A stretch of DNA of 64,000 nt from Salisapilia sapeloensis CBS 127946 (Eukaryota; Protista; Oomycota): assembly GCA_023334545.1 (NCBI GenBank), contig JAADVB010000081.1, forward strand, positions 5,734 to 69,733. Reading direction: 5' to 3'. The position numbers and the translations under genes were made by a program. Of this stretch, positions 23,967 to 35,197 are shown piece after piece; positions within the stretch are counted from its first letter, which is position 1, and the number at the start of each line of letters is the position of its first letter. Below the pieces are notes generated by a model. The model did no database searches and was not told the origin of the DNA. It saw only the letters and a program-made list of their open reading frames with translations.

Positions 23967-24746
23967 ATGCACACGTCCCCCACCGCAGTCCCCACCCGCG
24001 GCTCGACCATCGTCGGCTCGCAGACCTTCTCCGGGTTTCACGGACGCAGCCCACTCTTCTCCGCCACTTCAACTACCATATCGCCCGCTTCGACCAATGC
24101 GAGTCGAACGCGGTCCTGGCAGTCGCTATTTGACGCGCCGGACGACCCGGCTGGTCGCTACCGGCATCGACGTCATGGCGCCCATAGCGCCAATGCTGCA
24201 CGCGGCATTGTCTCGCGCAATCGCTTCGACAGCCTCGACGACGATTCGGATATGAACGCTGTAGGTCCATCGCCACTTGAGTTAGCTGCAATACAATCGC
24301 AGCGAAAGCCACCAAATAACGCGCGACGGGCGCGGAGACGTAGTGCAACGGACCAGAGCAATCAGCTTGCACCAGCAAAGTGCTCGAGCTTGATGGTCGC
24401 GAGTGTCGAAGCCGTGCCATCAGACGTCCGTGCGCACGCCGAGACGCAGGACGCGAACGAGAATGGTACATCTGCAGGTGGCTGGGTCCGTGGGTCACCA
24501 GCAGAAGTCCGATGGTCTGTTTTGGACACCTCGATACAAACCGTTCGGTTGGATGTCTGCAATGCCAAGTGGGATGTCCCGACGACAATCTCGACGGAGG
24601 CATCAAACGATGGCACTTTTCTATGGAAACGAGTGTATTGGGGCATGCCGATCACGGACGGATATTATATAAACGTCTATGATGCAACGGAAGGCAAAGA
24701 GTTACGTCTACTCGCGACAAGTGACTACTTTCGTGTCGTTCGTTAA
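23967..24746 (+). CDS. Hypothetical protein with a disordered N-terminus and a C-terminal beta-sandwich-like domain
   Basis: 284-aa ORF; C-terminal AEVRWS...GTFLWKRVYWGMPITDGYYINVYD...SDYFRV has an alternating beta pattern. Confidence 0.6.
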   Translation: MHTSPTAVPTRGSTIVGSQTFSGFHGRSPLFSATSTTISPASTNASRTRSWQSLFDAPDDPAGRYRHRRHGAHSANAARGIVSRNRFDSLDDDSDMNAVGPSPLELAAIQSQRKPPNNARRARRRSATDQSNQLAPAKCSSLMVASVEAVPSDVRAHAETQDANENGTSAGGWVRGSPAEVRWSVLDTSIQTVRLDVCNAKWDVPTTISTEASNDGTFLWKRVYWGMPITDGYYINVYDATEGKELRLLATSDYFRVVR

Positions 24747-24853
24747 ATCTCGAGCTAGAGCCGATCGGTCACCTCGCTCTCGTCGTCCTCTTTTGCTTCG
24801 CGTCAAGTTGGTAGAAAATGGAGAAATAAAAAATCAAATTATCATCCACACAC

Positions 24854-25855
24854 TTAAAATGTCTTCGGCCGGAAGCGCTGGAATGAACGTTGGAGCTGCT
24901 CGCCTTGTTGCACGGCCTCGGCGATCTTGGTGTCCTGCTCTTCCATCATCTCCGCCTTGGACGCCACGTCCGCTGCTTTCTCGATCGGAACTACGATCAC
25001 GCCGTTCGCGTCGCCACGGACGATGTCGCTGTTCCGGACGACGCAGCCCGATACACTGATGGGACACCCAACGTCCGCGACGGTCGTGGCACCGCGCTGG
25101 CCGTGAACAGACGTACCTTTGGCGAACGCTGGGAAGCCCATGGTGCATATCTCCTGGACATCGCGCACGCGACCATCGGTGACGACACCCGCGACGTTGC
25201 GAGCTTTTGCTGCCGTCGCGAGTAGTCCGCCGAATACGCCGGTGGTGCTACCTTCGGGCGCACTGATGACGATGACTTGACCCATCTCGGTCGTGTCAAT
25301 GTAGTTAAATGGTAGCTTCCGGACGGCAGCGCCCTTGGCAGGAAGCACTTTGACCGTCAATGCCGGTCCGCAGATATTCATAGACAAAGGGTTTTCATAC
25401 CCTCGGATTAAATCTACGTCTACGAGATGTCCTTCAATTTTAATGGACGCCATGGCGTCTGCAATGGCACATGTCGATAGCTTGGAGAAGCGCAGGAGGA
25501 GATCCGTATCGAGATCATCCGTCTCGAGGAAACCTACAACGAGTTAATATAAACTACGTGAAAACTACGAGAGTAATTTACTTGGTAAAGCGAGTTGCGC
25601 CGAGGCGTCTTGCAACGCGCCTTCGGATGTCATGGGTGGATTTGCACTGCGCTTACTTGTCTTTTGGTTGCTTACAAAGTTCGGCATGCAGCCGCCGAAA
25701 CGAAGGTGCTCGGCTAAACGAGTCGCGTTCGCCGCGTACTGCTTTTGACACTTTTTGCACTCGTACCGGACGAGGTTTTTCCCAGACTCGATACTATCTT
25801 CCGTCGGCTCGATGCGTGTGAAAAAGTCGTAGACGTTCGAGGGTTTCCGTCCCAT
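24854..25855 (-). CDS. BED zinc finger fused to an RraA-like / 4-hydroxy-4-methyl-2-oxoglutarate aldolase domain (317 aa); intron 25534-25581
   Basis: Exon 1 has VYDFF...ECKKC...LAEHLRFGGC (BED). A 48-nt GT-AG phase-1 intron follows. Exon 2 has LSTCAIADAM...GPALTV...GVFGGLLATAA...GVVTDGRVRDV...VRNSDIVRGDANGVIVVP (RraA family). Exon lengths 274+680 = 954 nt, in frame. Confidence 0.8.
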
Positions 25856-26072
25856 ATCCTCGGCACCACGCACGTCAACTAGCTGGTCGTCCACACTTGT
25901 GCGTGATACTTTCGCGTAGTTTTCTCCGCCTTTCGTTTCTTCCCAACAAATTGTGTAACTTATACTTGTATGCAATGTTTCTCGAAGGTACAAATAACCA
26001 ACACAGCCGAAAGAAAAGAATTTGGATAACTTCCTAAAAAAGCTTGTTTTTGTCTAGCTTTAAATCAAACGC

Positions 26073-28190
26073 TTAATCCACCTCTTCCATCGTGCTCTCC
26101 TCTTCCTCGCCCTCAAGCGGAGGCAAGTCGTCCATGTTCTCATCCGCAGCATCATCATCGTCGTCGATGCTCAGACCGAGCTTAATAAGACGGTGGATAC
26201 GGTTCGCGAACGTCGTCGGCTCATCGAGGCTGAAGCCAGACGTCAGGAGCGACGTGTCGTAAAGCAACCAGATGAGATCCTTGACCGTCTTGTCGCTCTT
26301 GTCGGCCTCGGCCTTTTCACGAAGCGCCTTAATGATCGGATGGAGCGGGTTGATCTCCATCGTCTTCTTCGACGTCATGTACTGCGACGTGCTGCTGTCA
26401 CGAAGCGCCTGCGCCTTCATGATACGCTCCATGTTGGCAGACCAGCCGTACTCGCCCGTCACGAGTACGCACGGGGACTCGACGATACGGTTCGAGATCT
26501 CGACCTTCTCGACCTTGTCGTCCAAGACCTCCTTCATGAGCTTGGTAAGACCCTCCGTAGCGGCCTTAGCCTCCTCGAACGACTTCTTCTCGTCCTCGGT
26601 TTCCTCCATCTGGAGTCCTTCCTTGCTCACCGAGATGAGCTTCTTGCCCTCGTACTCCTTGAGCTGCTGGACGGCGTATTCATCGATAGCCTCGACCATG
26701 AACAGCACCTCGTAGCCCTTCTTCTTGAGCTTCTCAATGAACGGAGACGTCTCGACCGCCTTCTTGGATTCACCCGTGACGTAGTAGATGCCAGGCTGGT
26801 TCTCCGGCATGCGCGAGATGTAGTCGTCGAGCGACGTCATGTCCTCACCGCTCTTGGTCGAGTGGTAGCGGAGGAGCTTGGCGATCTTGTTACGGTTCGT
26901 CGAGTCCTCGTGGATACCGAGCTTAAGGTTCTTGCTGAAGGCCTCGTAGAACTTCTTGTAGTTCTCCTCGTCTTCAGCGATTTCAGCGAACATCTCGAGG
27001 CACTTCTTGACCAAGTTCTTCTTGATCACACGCAAAATCTTGTTCTGCTGGAGCGTCTCACGCGAAATGTTCAACGGCAAGTCCTCAGAGTCGACAACAC
27101 CCTTGACGAAGGACAAGTACTCAGGCATCAAGTCCTCGCAGTTGTCCATAATGAACACACGACGGACGTAAAGCTTGATGTTGTTCAGCTTCTTCTTTCC
27201 GCCACCTTCAAACATGTCGAACGGAGCGCGCTTCGGCGTGTAGAGGCACGCCTTGAACTCGAGCTGACCTTCAACAGAGAAGTGCTTGACGGCCATGTGC
27301 TCCTCCCAGTCGTTCGTGAGCGACTTGTAGAACGAAGCGTACTCGTCGTGCGTGACGTCCTCCGGCTTGCGCATCCAGATCGGCTTCTGGTCGTTCAGGT
27401 GCTGCCAGTCGTGCGTCACCTCCTGGATCTTCTTGGTCTTCTTCTTCTTCTCACCATCTTCGTCCTCATCAACTTCCTCAACCTTAGGCTTGTCGTCCTC
27501 TTCCTTCTCGTCTTCCTCCTCTTCCTCATCGTCAGTCACCTCCTTCTCTTCGGTCTTCTCGACGTAAAGACGGATGGGGAAACCAATGAACTCGGAGTGC
27601 TTCTTGACGAGGTCCTTGAGCTTGCGCTCTTCAAGGTACTCAAGCATGTCCTCCTTGAGCTTGAAGTCAATGCGCGTACCACGCGGGATGCGCTCGCCCT
27701 GGTCCGGGGTGATCGTGAAGGAGCCACCAGCGGCAGACTCCCACACGTACTGCTCGTCGTCATTGTGCTTGGAGTGGACGACGACCTTGTCGGCAACAAG
27801 GTAACCAGAGTAGAAACCGACACCGAACTGACCGATCATAGAGATATCAGCGCCAGCGGAAAGCGCTTCCATGAAGGCCTTGGTGCCAGACTTGGCAATC
27901 GTACCGAGGTTGTTGATCATGTCGGCCTTGGTCATACCGATACCAGAGTCCTGGATGGACAAAATGCCGTTGGCCTTGTCCGGGATGATCTTAATCTCGA
28001 GGTTCTTGTCAGCGTCAAGGACGGACGGGTCCGTAAGCGACGCGTAACGGATCTTGTCGAGCGCATCACTTGAGTTACTGATGATTTCACGGAGGAAAAT
28101 GTCCTTGTTCGAGTAGAACGTGTTAATGATCAGACTCAAGAGCTGGTTGATGTCCGCCGAAAAGGCGAAGGTTTCTGCTTCCGCGCTCAT
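26073..28190 (-). CDS. HSP90: Cytosolic heat shock protein 90
   Basis: [41 protein letters not shown]-terminal MEEVD; intronless with strong GC3 bias. Confidence 0.99.
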   Translation of the reverse strand: MSAEAETFAFSADINQLLSLIINTFYSNKDIFLREIISNSSDALDKIRYASLTDPSVLDADKNLEIKIIPDKANGILSIQDSGIGMTKADMINNLGTIAKSGTKAFMEALSAGADISMIGQFGVGFYSGYLVADKVVVHSKHNDDEQYVWESAAGGSFTITPDQGERIPRGTRIDFKLKEDMLEYLEERKLKDLVKKHSEFIGFPIRLYVEKTEEKEVTDDEEEEEDEKEEDDKPKVEEVDEDEDGEKKKKTKKIQEVTHDWQHLNDQKPIWMRKPEDVTHDEYASFYKSLTNDWEEHMAVKHFSVEGQLEFKACLYTPKRAPFDMFEGGGKKKLNNIKLYVRRVFIMDNCEDLMPEYLSFVKGVVDSEDLPLNISRETLQQNKILRVIKKNLVKKCLEMFAEIAEDEENYKKFYEAFSKNLKLGIHEDSTNRNKIAKLLRYHSTKSGEDMTSLDDYISRMPENQPGIYYVTGESKKAVETSPFIEKLKKKGYEVLFMVEAIDEYAVQQLKEYEGKKLISVSKEGLQMEETEDEKKSFEEAKAATEGLTKLMKEVLDDKVEKVEISNRIVESPCVLVTGEYGWSANMERIMKAQALRDSSTSQYMTSKKTMEINPLHPIIKALREKAEADKSDKTVKDLIWLLYDTSLLTSGFSLDEPTTFANRIHRLIKLGLSIDDDDDAADENMDDLPPLEGEEEESTMEEVD

Positions 28191-28234
28191 GTTTCTCTTG
28201 TTTCGGTTGAAAATGCGCGCTTGAGGTGTCCGCG

Positions 28235-28252
28235 GCAACTATGGAAATGACT
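28235..28252 (-). promoter_or_regulatory. Oomycete-type INR+FPR core promoter of HSP90
   Basis: Minus strand AGTCATTTCCATAGTTGC resembles the GCTCATTYYNCAWTTT consensus and lies about 45-60 bp upstream of the ATG. Confidence 0.6.
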
Positions 28253-28351
28253 GGGTGCAGGTCTTGCGGATCTTTTATTCGACTTACTTGACTTTTGTAT
28301 GGGCGACCCTTCCCGCCCAATGCGCCACCGATTGGAACTTATCGATGGATC

Positions 28352-28557
28352 TTTCTCGAACTTGGATTCGAGAAGGGTAGGACAGCAAGTATGAGGATGG
28401 AGGTTCGCTTGGATGGGGCATTTTAATTATAATAGAATAGTATAAATGGATGCATGGAAAGTGTAGACGGAGATGGTGGGGAGGTAGGAGGCGACGAGCT
28501 CTTCCGTGGATGGTGGTAGTAGCATGGAAGATTCTAGACGGATGGGAATATTCGAAC
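28352..28557. promoter_or_regulatory. Candidate heat-shock elements (nGAAn inverted arrays) and CCAAT boxes upstream of HSP90
   Basis: TTCtcGAA (about 28353), TTCgaGAA (about 28365), GAAgaTTCtaGA (about 28527), GAAtaTTC (about 28546); CCAAT about 28317 and ATTGG about 28331. Confidence 0.5.
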
Positions 28558-30420
28558 AGTCGCTGATATACAAAAAACAAGTGTATTATTAGTGTAGCCA
28601 TATCGAGTTTGGAAAGTCAACTTCATCTAAACTTCAACATCGTGTCCGCTGAGAGGATACCTGGAGCGAAGCTACTCTCTTGTCATCTGAATGGAACATG
28701 GATGGCTTTCTATTTATGTCCTGTCTCGTGTATTGGTGCAATTGAGTCTATGTGTGGATGGTTATCATTGACAGGGACGTAAGCGCCACGTGTTCACTGT
28801 TGCAGCTTTCCGTTTAACAGTCATACCTTCGTATCTCTATCTGAGTGAGTACTACGTATCAGGACAATCTTCCTTTGGATCCATTTTCTTGTGCACAAAA
28901 AATTGATGCATATAGAAAGTATGCTCACCACTGTTGGGAGGATATACCACTATAAAAATTGATAATGGCATTGCCACCTTTTCAGATGAATTGCATTCTC
29001 TTTCCTTTGACATGAACCTAGGCTTGGTGTACAAGAGATACAAGGATCATTAAAGCCAAGTATAATGACGTTTATGGAGATGAAAAATGAACATTCCGTG
29101 TGCGCCTTCGGAACTGTGTCATCTCGAACAAGCGATGAATATAGATATCTCTTCCGTTAGACAACCTGCTATGCCGTGCTTCAAAGTATCTTCTTTCTGA
29201 GCTGTACGAAGACATTATAAAATAAGAGATATATATTCTATGATGAAAGCTCTAGCAAGTAAATCGGTGTTCGTTGAGTAGATAATCGGGTAGTACACAA
29301 GGCATTGAAGGCGATATGAAAACAAAAAAGGATAAATTATAAGAGAAATTAATACATGAGTCTTTGACGGGTTTCCTACTCTTTTGTCGTTATCCACCTT
29401 TTCATTCCTATCTATGCATGTCGTTCGCTTTTCAGCCGACCTTTGATGGGGCATAGTGTCGAGCGTATCATCGGAAGTCCTTCAGGTTGAAGTGTCATTC
29501 GATTTACTTCCGCTATTGAGCTCTTCGCTGTTTTACTGGGACGGATACAGTGCGCGTTGAACATGGCGCTCAATTATTCCATCCAGCACGGTACTGTGTC
29601 TGTTCCGAAATAATAGAGAAGGGCTCAATAGCGCAAGTAAATCGAAGAGCTCACCGAGTCTTTCGCGCGCTTTTTCAAATGTGCACATTTCGAGCACCAG
29701 GCATGCTTTGAAGTCTTCTCGAAGATCATTTTCTCCTGTGTGCATGAAAGACGAAGACAGAGATAAACCAAGAATATGAATTCGCATCTCCATTGGCAGT
29801 AAAGGACACTCGCTTATGCATTCGATATGATGGGAGAAAGTTGTATTGAAGTGTTGTGTTAGGTTTCCATAGCATGTAGCTACTCCGAATCAACAACTCT
29901 CAACGAACACAGAGCTGTCCGATTTGAATATCGAGAATATAATTGCTAAAAGTGAGCCCCCAATCATGCCGACTCGGTATTCAGTGCAAACACGGCTTAA
30001 AATGTGGATGGTTTTAGACTGTTGAGGATCGCAACCTTCGCCATCGAAGCATTTGCAATCTCTTTGATAGCGTATACGATACAATCTTTTCTACGAGCAC
30101 AAAACTAATTGCCAGCAAAACCTACAGTAGGCCCATCTCAAATGTACATTTACTTGTACAAGTAGAGTACTAGCTACCTATCAACTTCCTCAAGACATCA
30201 TTCCATTAAAGAGAGCATGCATAAAGTACAATCAAACGGACATCGTGCCAATATGATCTAAGAAGACTGATGCTAGATACAGCAACTCTTAAAAGCTCCT
30301 GCTGCAACAACTAGATAGAAAACATATATGAATATAAATTGATCTATTACCAGCATACGCGATTTAACTGCAGAGTATCTAGAAGAATGGACTTCTTAAC
30401 AATCTCACTTTCGTACGAAT

Positions 30421-31860
30421 CTACTTGCGCTCGTCCTTCTCGTATGCGCTTCGCATGAGCAGAAACAAACTCTTATAAGTTTTCCTTGCGTTTTCATCCC
30501 AAGCAGTTCCTGTGCGATGATTGCCGTTCACACGATAGACATGCCATCGTCCTTTGAGGTAGTGACAATGGTCTTCCTGGATATCATCTACCGAAGTATG
30601 TGAGTTAAAGCGAAGACGACGCTTATGACCAACCGTCGGGACATCGTGTGCAGTTGCTTCTGACTCAGTCACTGGTGCAAGTGCGTCATCGGAAGCTGCT
30701 AAGGCTTCCGGTATCTCTGCTGGCGCAGGGAACCAAGGTCGGTCCATCGACTTGATATTAATAATCCCATCGTTCGTCTGCCACGCATCCGAGTCAAATC
30801 CTTCAAAGAGGTCTGGAAGTGACTTTGTCACGATAGTCATCACCCAGCTTAACCAGAAGAGGAACGAAAACCAGGAGAAAGAAACATTCTTTGCTCGTCT
30901 CCATAGCAGAATGGACAGAAGAAAAGCTCCTTGCAATCGAAACGCCAAGGACATTTCGATCGGTAGTAGATCCATCAACAATAAGCCGAGGACTACTAGT
31001 ACCAGCAGCTCTGCCGCTGGGAAATGAGCCGAGTCGTGCGTCGTGGCGATGCTTAGCAAGTAGATCTTGTCCATTTCAATCAACTTTTTATTTCGTTGAA
31101 CGCGTTCGTGAGGTAGGATGTCGAAAAACAAGTTCCCTTTGTGCATTCTCCGAGGCATGTTCGGACCAGCGAGATCAGAGAGCGAATGGTCTCTCCATTG
31201 CGTCATCCGCAAGTCGTACATGGAACGAAGGAAAGGAAGTTTTTGGTAAATCTGAAGCCAGCCGATGATGACACCACAGAATGCCTGTCCTCGTAATCCC
31301 AACGGCGATGTCGTATCGCGGATACCAAAGAGGTATGGAAACGTCGATCCCGTGAGTGGACTCGCGATCGTCGTGAGGCTACGCACCCACGAAGCATCTG
31401 AGCCGACTTTGAAAAAGTCTTGGCAAAGCAATTGGTAAAGCTCCAACGCAGTGGTGCCACCACAGCTGTGACCAACGAGGTGTATCGGCCGCTTGCTGCT
31501 CCACTTGGCATGCAGTGGATGGTGGAAAGTTGGACCATAGCGATGGTGTCCACGTTCCTTCGAGTGCTCTTCTCCGTAATCGACCGTACCACCATAGAGT
31601 TGGTAGAAGGTCTCGCACGCCCGATCATGGTCTGAAGTGATGATACCACAGTCAACCATGATATGATTCGGATTCAATTCTTGCAGAATGTCGTCTGGCC
31701 AATACGCCGGACCTCGCCCGTACAGCGGCCTCGAACGCCCATAGCCGAAGGCACCTAGCACAGTCCAAGCATCTTTAGTAACTCTGGAAAGCTAGGTAGA
31801 GAGTCGTAGCCATTGCATACCGTGGATAAGAACGACAGGAAACTTGGTTGTCGCTGACAT
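30421..31860 (-). CDS. Alpha/beta-hydrolase lipase resembling bacterial family I.5/I.6 lipases, with an internal hydrophobic insert; intron 31755-31820
   Basis: Spliced PVVLIH|GAFG; RACETFYQLYGGTVDYGEEHS; nucleophile IHLVGHSCGG; TIASPLTGS; NDGIIN; terminal NH. Confidence 0.88.
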
Positions 31861-32890
31861 TGTCAGTGGACTGAAGGACGAGCGAATATGCGAATGAAAA
31901 GGTAAAGGCCGCCCACGCTCACATAGCATTAGTACTCGACAGGCATGTCGACCGTACGTAAATTGCCATCATTCATATGGAACGGTATAGAGGAATGGCA
32001 GGTTCGAGTAGGAACAAATGACACTGTCACATCAAGTCAACTTCAAACGCGATTCTGAAGATACTCGTGTCTGCAACTAAGATGGTCCATAAAGAGATTT
32101 TAAGTGGAGTACCAGCTATACTCACGATGTTCGGTTCGATTTCACCATGATTGACTAGAATTTCATTACGTGTATATTTGACGATCAAGTGCGATTTTGA
32201 AGAGCTTCTTGCGTTGTGACGATGTTTATGTCAATGCTGTCTTCGTCCACATTGCGACAACGCTAATGAGAAAAATGCAAACTGGGCAATGGGCTTATTC
32301 ATTTACGTGGACGTGTCCGTGCCCGCGTTTCTATTCAAATCGTCATCAGTAACCACATGAGTATGTACCTCGAGATAGTAGCATGGTTGCAGCATATTGA
32401 CGCATCAAATTGGTCTGGTTATCGCCTTTCATCGCAAAAAGTTTTTTACTGAGCAAGGTCGACCCGGAGCTCTACGAGATACACAACTAGAAATCGTAAG
32501 ATAATGCTTATAAGCAGTGTGTAAGTCTATTGAAGTGCACGATGATACCGCCGTCAAGAGCGCGTTGATCATGCTCATGACATTTACTTCGCGTCAGAGA
32601 TAGTGGTACATGAGGAGACTGCGTTATCGCTATTGGTAGATTACATTATCTAGGACAAGAAACTCATGAACACATCGACATCGTTTATACTTCTTTGTGA
32701 GCTACATTCCATTTCCATTTGTTCATCACGGTGAAGCTTTTCAATCGATTGATCAACTTGGGTACCGCTTCCATTGGATATTGCTTAATCCAAATGACAA
32801 TGTCACCAAGGTGTTGGTGGGAAGGTGCACTGTAGCGATTAAGACAAGCATAGGACGAGCAAACGCAATTAAAGTTGGCTTGACATAAAG

Positions 32891-35159
32891 ATGCCCGCAT
32901 CTTATGCAAATACCTCTACATTCCTAAAGCAACCGCGTGGTATGGATATAGAAAGAGCTAAGCACGAGATGAAGTATGAAGCAATGTCGAAACGGAATCC
33001 ACGATATCACTCCTTCCAACAAGATCGGGCTGCTATACTCGAACATTCCAAGCAACTACAACTCCCAATTACGGGATCAACGTCCATTGTAGCCATTGAA
33101 AAGTAGTTTAGAGCAAAGATGATACTTTTGTATTTATAAAAGCAGCAAAACTTTGATCCACGCCGGGTTTGGCGTTTAGTTGTATAAATAGAATAGACAG
33201 TAACCAATTAATATGAGCTTAAAAGCTCAACGCAAAGTACATGGAGTCGCTACTTTTGCTTCCAAACGTCCGAAGCTTGCTCCAACAAGAGAACTTGATC
33301 CAGCTCTTTTCAGACATCAATATACAGGATGATCGATATATCCCGACGCTCCAGTATCTCGTGCAACCTGACCACTGTAAGAATCGGAGTGTATTGCAGA
33401 TATTATCTTTGCTCATGTCTATACAGTACAGGAACTAGTTGCGCTTCTGTTAGAGGAACCTCACGAGTCGTTAGAGAAAACAATTGCGTCCACAGGCAAT
33501 GGACAATACCCGGTATATAGTCAGTACTCGTTCGTGTATAAAGCGCAATGGCTGCTTTGCTCGTCCACTTTTTCCCATGGTATCATTTCAGCGATACTGT
33601 CGTTAAATTCACAGCAAAAGCAGACACTACAGGAGTTTATGTTGTGCTGTAATACTCGTGATACGATGGTAACCGAGGCCTTCACCCGCTTTTTATCGGC
33701 TATCATTGATCAACATTCAGTGATAGGCTTGGTTACTTTCTTCGAGGACCGTCAGGAAGAGCTTGTTGAAACGTTACTCGTTCAATTGTACTACGAGTCC
33801 GTCCGAGAAGTCCTCGTTCTTATATGTACAAACACCAGCGATACCGAGGTGCATATGAAAGGGTTTGTTGGGCAGTTATTACATCAACTCAGTCCACAGT
33901 CCAAGCTACTCGAAGACACTTCCCTTGTGTCTAGTCGGGTGATCGAGAAACTAGCCAAGGATGAACCACATCATACGTTCTCTCGTGTGATGTTCACTTG
34001 CGACTTCATTACAGACATCATTCATGAAAAACGAACAGGAAGCATAGGTTGGTTTTACGTCAATGAACTGATGCACAACGAGACGTATATCAACCATTTT
34101 CTGGATGCAGTTGTGTGGGAACTTACGACTTTGCCGACGTTTCTCGCGAATGAGTCCTATGCAGTCAAAGTGCTGAACACTTTACTGCAGCAGTCTCAGT
34201 GTGGTTGTGTCACGAAGTTAGCTTTTACAGGACGACCGAGTGACACAGAAGCATGGCAAGAACAAAGTCCGCACGTCGACTTGAGCTTGTTATGGAAAAA
34301 GATGATCGAACGATTACCAGAGCTTTTACAACTAGTACAATTACCACTCACACGGTCCTTTCGACCGACACTGATTCAGGTCATCTACTTGATACTTCCT
34401 ATCGTCAACTGCTCCTGCTATATCGTCGACCAACACTTAATCAAAGCGAAGACATTCGAAACGCTGATCGAAGTCGTTCTCAAGTATCCACGTCTTCACA
34501 TCGTCCATTCTGCCGTCGTTCGACTCTTCATCCTCTCCCTCGAAGACGCACCATTCATGTTTGGTAAAGAGCTTCCGGTTCTGCGCACTGGAAGCGATCC
34601 ACTTCGACTCCACTTATTGCTACAAGGCTGTCTCGAACTACTGCTCTCGTCATATGAGAAACAGCTAGAATTTCCACCTGCCTTCACCGACATTTCCATC
34701 TCCTTTGACCAAGCACTTACGGCAGCAAGGGCTAACTTGACCCAACCTCCCCATCATAAGCTCTTGAAACGATGGCAAAGATATCGATCCAACTTTCTGC
34801 TTCCAATTCAAATGCTGTGGGAGAACCAAGTACAAGAGAAGAAGATCGTGTCTGCTCCACCCTCTCCAAAGCACACCGACAGTGAACTAGAAACACTTCC
34901 TCCTACCATTTTTACACAAGACAAGGACTCACCTACAAAACCCACTATTCTTTGCCATTCGCATCCGATCCAAGGCTTAATGGAGGAGATGATAAGCACG
35001 ACGGAAGAAGTGGTCGTATCAGACGAACTTGATCATCAGAAAGACAGTGAGACCCCTCTGTCTGCTCTCTATGATGATGAAGAGCGAATGATCATGGAGA
35101 AGGTGGTGTCGGAGCAAGAGCAACGTACTGTCATCACATCCAATCAAGCACAGAACTAG
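32891..35159 (+). CDS. SIT4/PP6 phosphatase-associated protein (SAPS family), multi-exon; 5' exons approximate
   Basis: LLQQENLIQ..., helical repeats, VLKYPRLHIVHSAV (corresponds to the SAPS 'YPWNNFLH' region), acidic tail. Confidence 0.6.
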
Positions 35160-35197
35160 ACAATCAGATGCAGAGAACAAGAGACTAGCAAGTATAT

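Noticed and set aside
25565-26070. BED ORF as an autonomous or defective hAT transposon
   Set aside because: No DDE/RNase H or hATC dimerisation domain, TIRs or target-site duplication visible; the exon splices cleanly into a host gene
26193-28073. 626-aa ORF antisense to HSP90
   Set aside because: In-register antisense ORFs arise in highly expressed GC3-biased genes because codons complementary to stops are avoided. This is well known for HSP70/HSP90, and the translation has no protein-like motifs.
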